Origin: an uncultured Rhizobiaceae bacterium
Lineage (GTDB): Bacteria; Pseudomonadota; Alphaproteobacteria; Rickettsiales; UBA1997
Direction of reading: 5' to 3'
Length of the DNA: 46,269 nt
Assembly: GCA_964622015.1 (NCBI GenBank)
Contig: CAZUPN010000004.1
Coordinates: 1 to 46,269 of the forward strand
Shown here piece after piece: positions 9,378 to 17,180 of the stretch; within the stretch, counting starts at the first letter, position 1, and each line of letters opens with the position of its first letter. A program made the translations under genes and the position numbers. The notes beneath the pieces are model-generated. The model ran no database searches and was not told the origin of the DNA. It saw nothing but the letters and a program-made list of their open reading frames with translations.

Positions 9378-9416
9378 ATACCCGCCTTATTTAAATATTG
9401 AGGCGGGTATTTCTTT
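9378..9416 (+). terminator. rho-independent terminator after the porin gene
   Basis: A 10-bp stem ATACCCGCCT (9378-9387) pairs with AGGCGGGTAT (9401-9410). The loop is 13 nt and is followed by TTCTTT. Confidence 0.6.
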
Positions 9417-9434
9417 AAATTCAGTCCTTTTTTA

Positions 9435-10028
9435 ATGGAAAGAAATTCTATCGAAAATCTCAGCAAGATAATTTCTAAGCTTCCTGGTCTTGGCCCAAGA
9501 CTTGCTAAAAGACTGGTTTTACATCTGGCAAATAATAAAGAAAAAATCTTATTACCGTTGATTGGTGAATTAAATAATCTAAATGATAAAATTCATAATT
9601 GCCAAATTTGCGGCAATCTCGACCAGGGCTTAATATGTCGAATATGCAATAATCACAATCGTGATCTTGAAGTAATTTGTATCGTTGAAGAAGTAGCTGA
9701 TCTTTGGGCAATTGAAAGAAGCGAAAGTTATAAGGGACAATATCATATTTTAGGCGGCAGCCTATCGGCGATCTTGGGCCATGGCGTTGAAGGATTAAAT
9801 TTACAATCCCTACATCAAAGGCTTAAGGCTGGTAAAATTAAAGAGCTGATATTGGCAACTTCAGCCACCATCGATGGCCAAACCACCGCCCATTTTTTAC
9901 TTGAAAATTTAAAAGAATATAATCTTAAAATTACGCGTTTAACTTACGGCATCCCGGTTGGCAGCGAGCTTGATTATTTAGATGAAGGAACCATTAATAT
10001 TGCAATTAAAACTCGTAGCGAATTCTAA
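9435..10028 (+). CDS. recR: recombination protein RecR
   Basis: HhH motif LPGLGPRLAKRL, a C4 zinc finger (CQICGN...CRIC) and a Toprim domain. Confidence 0.95.
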   Translation: MERNSIENLSKIISKLPGLGPRLAKRLVLHLANNKEKILLPLIGELNNLNDKIHNCQICGNLDQGLICRICNNHNRDLEVICIVEEVADLWAIERSESYKGQYHILGGSLSAILGHGVEGLNLQSLHQRLKAGKIKELILATSATIDGQTTAHFLLENLKEYNLKITRLTYGIPVGSELDYLDEGTINIAIKTRSEF

Positions 10029-10109
10029 TTTCTTTAAAATATATTGAAAAAGTAATTTTAAAGCTTTTTAATCATGTAGCAACATTTCATTTTTAACAAA
10101 GTTCAAAAT

Positions 10110-10700
10110 ATGATCAAAGATCTCGAAAAACAGAAAAATTATATCAAACAGCAATTTCCATCAGCTGATATTATTGAGCCAATTGCAAATGATAATTTAA
10201 TTATTTACGTTAAAAAAGAGGAAATTACTCAGTTTCTTAAATTTTTGCGTGACGATTGGCAATTATCTTTTAAGCTTTTACTTGATGTTTTTGGCGCTGA
10301 TTTTCTTGGCCTTAGAGCTCATAGATTTGAAGTTATTTACAATTTGCTAAGTCTTAAATTGAATAATCGCCTTACTGTAAAAGTTAAACTTGAAGATCAA
10401 GAGGAAGTTGAGACCGTAAGCGCAATATTTAGCACCGCTAATTGGTTTGAAAGGGAAGCGTTTGATATGTATGGCATTGTTTTTACCAACCATCCTGATT
10501 TACGTAGAATATTAACTGATTATGAGTTTGAAGGCCATCCTTTACGCAAGGATTTTCCACTAACTGGATATAAAGAAGTCAGATATGATCAGGAATCAAA
10601 AAAAGTTATCTATCAACCGGTTGAATTAATGCAGGAATATCGCAATTTTGACCTTGAGATGCCATGGCAAGGAACCAAATATGATAAAAATAAATTCTAA
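10110..10700 (+). CDS. nuoC: NADH-quinone oxidoreductase subunit C
   Basis: Contains ANWFEREAFDMYGIVFTNHPDLRRILTDYEFEGHPLRKDFPLTGY, the hallmark of the 30-kDa subunit. Confidence 0.9.
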   Translation: MIKDLEKQKNYIKQQFPSADIIEPIANDNLIIYVKKEEITQFLKFLRDDWQLSFKLLLDVFGADFLGLRAHRFEVIYNLLSLKLNNRLTVKVKLEDQEEVETVSAIFSTANWFEREAFDMYGIVFTNHPDLRRILTDYEFEGHPLRKDFPLTGYKEVRYDQESKKVIYQPVELMQEYRNFDLEMPWQGTKYDKNKF

Positions 10701-10704
10701 TAAT

Positions 10705-11124
10705 ATGACCAATTGGCTTAAGAAAGTTTTTTTGATAGATAGTTTAAAAACATCCTCAGCTAATCATTTGATTTGGTTTTTTGGTCCCGCGGGCTATCTT
10801 AGCAGCTATTTTATCGTTAACAAATTGATGATAATACTCAAAATCATTACTGTTAATATCGCTTTATCAGCAATAATTATTATTTATTTTTGCTGGCATA
10901 TTCATGCATTAAGAAAATGCGCATTAACAAAGCAGAAATTATTAAAAAGCCAAGGGGAAGTAGAAAATGCAACACCTCGCAGCCTTACCAAGACTTTTTT
11001 AAGAAAATTATTTCTACAAGAATCATTAACCAAATCCGATCCGATTTTAATTACAATATTAATCGATCTTTATTTCATTGTTAATACCGTCGATTGTCTT
11101 TTGGCCACCATCAATCATTTATGA
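10705..11124 (+). CDS. hypothetical membrane protein
   Basis: ORF only. ATG 10705 lies just after the nuoC stop. Two or three hydrophobic segments and no recognisable motif. Confidence 0.35.
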   Translation: MTNWLKKVFLIDSLKTSSANHLIWFFGPAGYLSSYFIVNKLMIILKIITVNIALSAIIIIYFCWHIHALRKCALTKQKLLKSQGEVENATPRSLTKTFLRKLFLQESLTKSDPILITILIDLYFIVNTVDCLLATINHL

Positions 11125-11131
11125 ATCAATA

Positions 11132-12169
11132 ATGATAAAAATGATGATTAGCTTAATTTGTTTGGTTATTTTAAGTGGCTGCATCGCAACTGCCACAATG
11201 AATCAGGAACCTTATTATGATGGACCAGCATCTGATCATTTTGATGGTGAAAAATTTTATTCTAAATCCCGTAAATCATTTTCTGATCTGCTAAAATTTC
11301 TTTTTTCAAGCGGGCCTAACTGGCAAAGCAGTATTAAGCTTGATAATAATCATAAATCAGGCCAGGAAATCAAAAGTCCAACTAAAAACAAAGTAATCTT
11401 TATCGGTCATGCAACAACCCTGATTCAAGTTGGAAATATCAATATTTTAACTGACCCAATCTGGTCTGATTATGCCGGTCCAATTGGCCTGGTGTCGCCA
11501 AAAAGAGTGCATCCACCAGCAATAGCAATTGATGAGTTGCCAAAGATTGATTATGTTTTAATCAGCCATAATCATTATGATCATATGGATATTGCAACCA
11601 TCAAAATCCTCAAGCGAAAATTTGACCCAAAATTCATTACCGGGCTAGGAAATTGCTACTATCTCAATGATAAAAAAGATCTTGATCTTGATTGTTTGGA
11701 AATGGATTTAAATGAAACCTACAAAGTCGATAATGACATATTAATTCATTTCCTAGAAGCCAAACATTGGTCACAAAGAAGCTTAAATGACCGCAACAAG
11801 ACCCTCTGGGGGTCATTTGCAATCATTAGCGATAATTTTAAAGTTTATTTTGCCGGTGATAGCGGATATGGCGACCATTTCAAAGCAATTGGCAATAAAT
11901 TTAATGGCTTTGACGTCGCATTACTGCCAATTGGCGCCTATGAGCCCAGATGGTTTATGAAAGATCACCACATCAACCCCAAAGAAGCAATTTTGGCCCA
12001 TATCGACTTAAAAGCCAGAAAATCAATCGCCATCCATTATAAAACCTTCCCTTTAGGCCGCGAAGATTATTTCGACCCGATCTTTGATCTACAAAAAGCC
12101 GAAACCGAGCTAGAATTTGACAAACGCGACTTCTTATTGCCAGCATTTGGCGAAGTGTTTTACTTTTAA
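11132..12169 (+). CDS. MBL-fold metallo-hydrolase, predicted lipoprotein
   Basis: HxHxDH motif ISHNHYDHMD. ATG 11132 gives MIKMMISLICLVILSGC, which carries a lipobox-like LSGC. Overall it resembles the NAPE-PLD-like / YbbB-type MBL family. Confidence 0.8.
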   Translation: MIKMMISLICLVILSGCIATATMNQEPYYDGPASDHFDGEKFYSKSRKSFSDLLKFLFSSGPNWQSSIKLDNNHKSGQEIKSPTKNKVIFIGHATTLIQVGNINILTDPIWSDYAGPIGLVSPKRVHPPAIAIDELPKIDYVLISHNHYDHMDIATIKILKRKFDPKFITGLGNCYYLNDKKDLDLDCLEMDLNETYKVDNDILIHFLEAKHWSQRSLNDRNKTLWGSFAIISDNFKVYFAGDSGYGDHFKAIGNKFNGFDVALLPIGAYEPRWFMKDHHINPKEAILAHIDLKARKSIAIHYKTFPLGREDYFDPIFDLQKAETELEFDKRDFLLPAFGEVFYF

Positions 12170-12711
12170 TTTCTCAATTATTAAAGAAGAATAAAAAAAT
12201 ACTTGCATTGATATTTATACCAGTTATTTTTAATATTGATCATGTTATCATTTGCTTAAATTTTAAAAAATTACTATAGCAAGATTTTATATAAATAAAT
12301 AAGGTTTAAGAACCGGTTACTTTTTTAGCTTTTTATTAAAATTAAATGGAGAATTTATGCAGCAGGGAAATGGACCATTGACAGTAAATCAAACTGAAGG
12401 AAATCCCAGGAATCGGGAATTTTGTTAAACAGCTTTTATCTTCAGATCAGTCAATAAATGCTGTAACTGATTTAGATCTCGAATCAAAAAAAACAGTTCT
12501 AGCTGCTCTAATCCAGGTAATATCAGAAAATGACCTCAAAATCAGCCCCGAAAACAAATCAAGATTACAAAGACATATTGGTCAAATTGGCAATCCATCG
12601 ATTGCAAGCGCTATTACCAACAGAAAAACCGCTAAACAGATTTGGCGCATAATCAATGAATCACTGAAAGAGCCAAGCAATAGCAATATCCTCACAGGCG
12701 TCAATTATCTT

Positions 12712-13977
12712 ATGGTTTTTTTATTTGCAACTGGCTGCGCATCTGGCACTGCTAACGATACCGCAAAAAAACTACCACAGCTCTTTGAAAATTTAAGTGA
12801 TAATCAAACCGCAAAAAACGCTGCAGGAGTAACGCTTGGAATAGCCGCTTTTCTTGCAAATTGGGTTTTTGCTAATGGGGCTCTTTTGAATTCGGAAAGA
12901 AAAATTGTTGAATTCTTTAAATCCGGTTATTGTCAAAAATTATCGCTGCTAATATTAGCGGCGTTGGCTGCCGGCTCTGCATCAATGGATGCCGCATTCC
13001 CTTTTGACGCTAAAGAAGAAATAGTAAAAAATTTTGGTGTTGAAAATGAAGATGCTGCTAACGTTCTTTATTATTTTTGTTGTGCACAAGCAATTGCAAC
13101 CGCGCCAACTATGATTGCAATCTGCTCTAGATCATGGATTAAATTGACAGCAATAATTCTAGCTTCTCCTACTTGGTTAAAAGAAAAATATCAAAATCCT
13201 GATATGAGTTGCAACAAATTCTCTTCAATGATACTTGCAGGATCATTTCTTGCAATCGCCGGTACTAGACTTTACGCGTTTTACTCTATGTCACAAGATA
13301 TTTACCGCGATGATACTAATTGGTCAAAAGACATGATATCTGCAGCTGGAGTAATCGCTTTACTTGGCGAGGGTCCGCTTTCAGCGCTTTCAATGGCTGC
13401 CTTTAGTGAGTTTGTTGATCCTTATATTAAATTTGGTATTAAAGGTTTATTTAAAATACCAAGATCAATTTTTGGTTATCAACGTCACATTGACGAACCT
13501 AATAACGGTCGACAAATAGTAAATGATAATGAAAGCAGTATGGAGTGGGATGAAAAAAGTCAACTAATATTTGATATAATAGTGCTTTCTCTCAATGCCA
13601 TTGGCAATGGAATGTTAATTTTACGGAAAGGTTTTTCAATATCTAACTTTTGTACATTTATTGCTGCCATTACTTCATCTCTTGCGCTTTGCAGCATGGA
13701 TGTTATAGAAGATCTGAAAAAGAAACTTGAATTTATCAATTTTGTAACTGGCAATAAACAGCATTTTGATTATAACCAGACTTTAGGTGACTATCTTGAA
13801 GAAAAACTGCCAACTACCGATAATCAAGTTGTACAAACTAGCAATATAGATATTGAACTTGGACCTAAGCCATCATTAGAACCTTCTAATAGATCGCGGA
13901 AATCTAAGGTAGAAGCATCTATTGCCTCCAACACAGGAAAGTCTTTAACAAGCGGATCCGATTCTCACGCCCTTTAA
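12712..13977 (+). CDS. hypothetical multi-pass membrane protein; the reading frame is open upstream to 12388 and probably belongs to a frameshifted gene starting at 12357
   Basis: About 9-10 hydrophobic segments and a hydrophilic C-terminal tail. I recognise no family. See the finding on the upstream ATG, RBS and frame change. Confidence 0.55.
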   Translation: MVFLFATGCASGTANDTAKKLPQLFENLSDNQTAKNAAGVTLGIAAFLANWVFANGALLNSERKIVEFFKSGYCQKLSLLILAALAAGSASMDAAFPFDAKEEIVKNFGVENEDAANVLYYFCCAQAIATAPTMIAICSRSWIKLTAIILASPTWLKEKYQNPDMSCNKFSSMILAGSFLAIAGTRLYAFYSMSQDIYRDDTNWSKDMISAAGVIALLGEGPLSALSMAAFSEFVDPYIKFGIKGLFKIPRSIFGYQRHIDEPNNGRQIVNDNESSMEWDEKSQLIFDIIVLSLNAIGNGMLILRKGFSISNFCTFIAAITSSLALCSMDVIEDLKKKLEFINFVTGNKQHFDYNQTLGDYLEEKLPTTDNQVVQTSNIDIELGPKPSLEPSNRSRKSKVEASIASNTGKSLTSGSDSHAL

Positions 13978-14062
13978 TTACTTGCAATTAGGCATATAAT
14001 TGATCGCGATTTTTTGCCGCAAGAGGTTAATAGACCCCTTCCGGGGGGAGCGGAGAACGGCA

Positions 14063-14815
14063 TTAGTAAGATTCCAGCTTTTTTGCTACCTCATCGCTAA
14101 TTAGATAATTGCCAGTAACTGATTGCACATCGTCGCAATCTTCTAGAGCGTCGATCATTTTTAGCATTTTGGTAGCAGATTCAAAATCAAGCTCAATAGT
14201 GTTTTTGGGTTTCCAGTATAATTTAGCGCAAACCGGGTCACCATATTTGGCGCTGAGAGCATCTCGTAATTTAGCTAAATTTTGCGGGGCGGAGATGATG
14301 ATGTGAGAATTTTGGCTGGACTCTATTTCATCGGCGCCAGCTGCAATTGCGGCTTCAAACATCTCATCTTCTGAGGCTATTTTAGCATCATATTCAATCA
14401 GCGATACATGATCAAACATAAAAGCAACTGAATTGCTTTCACCCATTGCCCCACCATATTTAGTAAAGATACTTCTGACTTCACTGGCGGTGCGGTTACG
14501 ATTATCGGTTAAAGCTTCTACAATTAAGGCGACACCGTTAGTACCATAGCCCTCATAACGAATTTCTTCAAAATTATCAGTATCATTGCCAAGCGCAACC
14601 TTCTTAACCGCCGCCTCAATGCGATCTTTTGGCATATTATGCGATCTGGCATCAATGATTGCATTTCGAAGCCTTGGATTAAAATCGGGATCTGGCTGTC
14701 CAGATTTAGCAGATACGGTAATTTCTCTTAATAATTTGGTAAATAATTTAGCTTTTTTAGCATCTTGAGCACCTTTGCGATGCTTAATATTAGCAAATTG
14801 CGAATGTCCGGCCAT
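14063..14815 (-). CDS. YebC/PmpR family DNA-binding transcriptional regulator
   Basis: MAGHSQFANIKHRKGAQDAKKAKLFTKL is the canonical N-terminus, so I chose ATG 14815 rather than the track start at 14848. Confidence 0.9.
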   Translation of the reverse strand: MAGHSQFANIKHRKGAQDAKKAKLFTKLLREITVSAKSGQPDPDFNPRLRNAIIDARSHNMPKDRIEAAVKKVALGNDTDNFEEIRYEGYGTNGVALIVEALTDNRNRTASEVRSIFTKYGGAMGESNSVAFMFDHVSLIEYDAKIASEDEMFEAAIAAGADEIESSQNSHIIISAPQNLAKLRDALSAKYGDPVCAKLYWKPKNTIELDFESATKMLKMIDALEDCDDVQSVTGNYLISDEVAKKLESY

Positions 14816-14860
14816 ATTTTTTCTTAAGTTTAATGATTTATAAAACAATAATATTATTAC

Positions 14861-14985
14861 CCTTCGTCACGACAACCTCCCGCCCCTTTGTTATCGCCAC
14901 TTCTCTCTTTGTCATCTCGCTTCCTTATTTGTCATCCTCACTCTCTTTCTTGTCATCCCCGAGAGAGGCAAGGAATCTAGGGTAA
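14861..14985 (-). repeat. tandem ~21-bp degenerate repeats (TTGTCATC-N13, starts 14888, 14909, 14929, 14950) ending in a TTGTCATCCCCGAGAGAGG half-core
   Basis: Read directly from the sequence. Same family as 4158-4255 in the opposite orientation. Confidence 0.75.
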
Positions 14986-14997
14986 CAAAAAAATCCG

Positions 14998-15813
14998 TCA
15001 AAGCTGCTCTTGATAGCGCATTTTTGAAATTAAATGCGTTTTTTCTTCTAAGTCGCTGGTTTTGGAGTCAATTTCAGGATCTCCCGGGTGAATCATGATT
15101 TCTATTTTTTGATAGTTTTTGGGAATTTTAATTTTAGCGATCAATTCTTTTGAGAGCTCGCAGCTATTTAAAATGCTAAAAAAATATCGGTTGGTTGTGA
15201 TTTTTTTGGCACCATTAATGATGCCAAAAAATCTTAATAATAGCCATTTTATAATTCCAGCATTTTTAATAAATAAATTACCCTTATTTATCCGCCAGCT
15301 ATAATATAAATTTTCATTGATGATTCTGATTCTTGGAATTTGGTATTCTTTGGCCTTCTTGACAATTATTGCAAAAATTCCTGGTATATAATGAATGTGA
15401 CGATGGCCGTCAATATGAGAGATTGGTGATTTTAGTGACTGCTTTAGCCAGGATAATTGGGCATCAAGCTCAATTTCTAGTTGTTTTAAAAATTCTTTAC
15501 GATTAAAAATTATCAGTAATAGTAATTTTAAAAAACCATTTTTGAACCTAAAACTTTTATCGGTCAGAAGATTTAAATTTTGATCTTTAAAACAGCAATT
15601 GCCATTTGATAAATTAAAATGGAGGCCGATTTTTAAATCGGGATTTTGATTGGCAATTGCAATTGCCTGATCTTGATAGCCACAACCGGTGATAAGACTT
15701 GCTGAATTTAATTTTTTTTGCTTAAACATCTTTTCAACCGCTAAATTAACGCCCTCGCTAATTCCAAAATCATCAGCATTAATTATGGTTACATCATCAT
15801 TATTTTTTATCAT
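14998..15813 (-). CDS. ChbG/HpnK/NaxD (YdjC) family carbohydrate deacetylase
   Basis: INADDFGISEGVN near the N-terminus and HIDGHRHIH are YdjC-family metal-site motifs. I prefer ATG 15813 over the TTG at 15837. The gene overlaps the upstream GT2 gene. Confidence 0.85.
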   Translation of the reverse strand: MIKNNDDVTIINADDFGISEGVNLAVEKMFKQKKLNSASLITGCGYQDQAIAIANQNPDLKIGLHFNLSNGNCCFKDQNLNLLTDKSFRFKNGFLKLLLLIIFNRKEFLKQLEIELDAQLSWLKQSLKSPISHIDGHRHIHYIPGIFAIIVKKAKEYQIPRIRIINENLYYSWRINKGNLFIKNAGIIKWLLLRFFGIINGAKKITTNRYFFSILNSCELSKELIAKIKIPKNYQKIEIMIHPGDPEIDSKTSDLEEKTHLISKMRYQEQL

Positions 15814-16762
15814 CTTTAGAGTCAGAATTTTTTTCAATCAATTCAGCAAAATATAGCGGGCGGCTTTTTGATTCGATATGAATTCTGCCAATATATTCGC
15901 CAATTATTCCCAAAATTATAAATTGAATACTGGATAAAAATATCACCAAGCAAATTATGGTTGCATAACCGCTTGGTTGATGCAAATGATAATGCTCATA
16001 AATTGTCCATAAGGCAAAAACCATGGCCGAAATTGCCGATATTACCCCTAAATAAATTGAGATTCTAAGCGGCTTGACTGAAAATTGTAAGATCGAGTCA
16101 AAGGCTAATTTTAGTGATTTTACCAGATTATAATTACTTTTACCGCTATGTCTTTTAGGAGCAATAAATTCTATTTCAGCAACATTAGAAATCCCCAGCC
16201 AGTTAAGCATACCACGAAACATTCTTGAGCTTTCTCTCATATTTCTTAAAGTCTTGATATATCTGCCACTAACTAAGCGAAAATCAGGAGTTTGCGGCGG
16301 TATTTTAACATCAGAAATCATATTTGAGAGCTTGTAAAAAAAGCCAGATAAAATATTTTTGATTACCCCTTTATCTTCATTTTTAATGATTTTAGTAAGC
16401 ACGATTTCATAGCCTTGACGCCATTTATCAATCATTTGCGGCAATAATTGTGGCGGGTGCTGTAAATCTGCATCCATAAAAATTACCGCCTCGCCTTTGG
16501 CATAATCAAGGCCGGCAGTCATCGCGATTTCATGACCAAAATTGCGGTCAAAATTAACGATCTTAACTCTTTTACTATCTTCTAAAATTGCTTTCATCAC
16601 GAACAAACTATCATCTTTACTGCCATCATTAACAAAAATAATCTCATAATCAATATCATCTAAGGGCTCAAGCATGTGATTTATTTGTTTATATATTTCA
16701 AATAAATTTCCCTCCTCATTATAGGCCGGAATAACAATTGTGATTAATTTTTTATTACTCAT
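15800..16762 (-). CDS. family 2 glycosyltransferase, polyprenyl-phosphate sugar synthase type (ArnC/GtrB/DPM1-like)
   Basis: ITIVIPAYNEE, FVNDGSKD and FMDADLQHPP motifs plus two C-terminal TM helices. ATG 16762 is used; the track start at 16804 would overlap the GtrA gene. Confidence 0.9.
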   Translation of the reverse strand: MSNKKLITIVIPAYNEEGNLFEIYKQINHMLEPLDDIDYEIIFVNDGSKDDSLFVMKAILEDSKRVKIVNFDRNFGHEIAMTAGLDYAKGEAVIFMDADLQHPPQLLPQMIDKWRQGYEIVLTKIIKNEDKGVIKNILSGFFYKLSNMISDVKIPPQTPDFRLVSGRYIKTLRNMRESSRMFRGMLNWLGISNVAEIEFIAPKRHSGKSNYNLVKSLKLAFDSILQFSVKPLRISIYLGVISAISAMVFALWTIYEHYHLHQPSGYATIICLVIFLSSIQFIILGIIGEYIGRIHIESKSRPLYFAELIEKNSDSKDDKK

Positions 16763-16763
16763 T

Positions 16764-17168
16764 TTATTTAAAAGAAAAATATTTGTGAGAAAAATAGCTG
16801 GCAATAGTTAAAGTCATAATACAGATCAACTGCGCAATGTAAATATTAATTCCCAGTAAATCTTTTAGCAAATAAAGCAGCATCGCATTTAAGACAAAAT
16901 AAAAAGCGTAAACAATATTAACTTTGACATATTCGAACCAGAAATTTTTATCTGATCTAAAAACAAAATATTTTAGATTAACAAAAGAATTAAACACCGA
17001 AATTAAATGACAGAAAAAGAGAATTAATATATAATGCAACTTACTGCCAAGTAAATATTGCAGAAGGCAAAATAATGAGAAGCTAAATACGGTATTATAG
17101 CCCCCAACTAGTAAAAACCTGATTTTATCATTAATTTTAAACCAATAATTTAAAAGATTTTTAATCAT
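16764..17168 (-). CDS. GtrA family membrane protein
   Basis: 134 aa with four TM segments. FLLVGGYNTVFSF is typical of the GtrA family. Its stop abuts the GT2 start codon. Confidence 0.85.
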   Translation of the reverse strand: MIKNLLNYWFKINDKIRFLLVGGYNTVFSFSLFCLLQYLLGSKLHYILILFFCHLISVFNSFVNLKYFVFRSDKNFWFEYVKVNIVYAFYFVLNAMLLYLLKDLLGINIYIAQLICIMTLTIASYFSHKYFSFK

Positions 17169-17180
17169 GCAATTTGGTGA

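Noticed and set aside
14888-14970. Possible CRISPR array (also considered for 27526-27634).
   Set aside because: The repeats are contiguous with no unique spacers, are only ~21 bp long and degenerate, and no cas genes are present.
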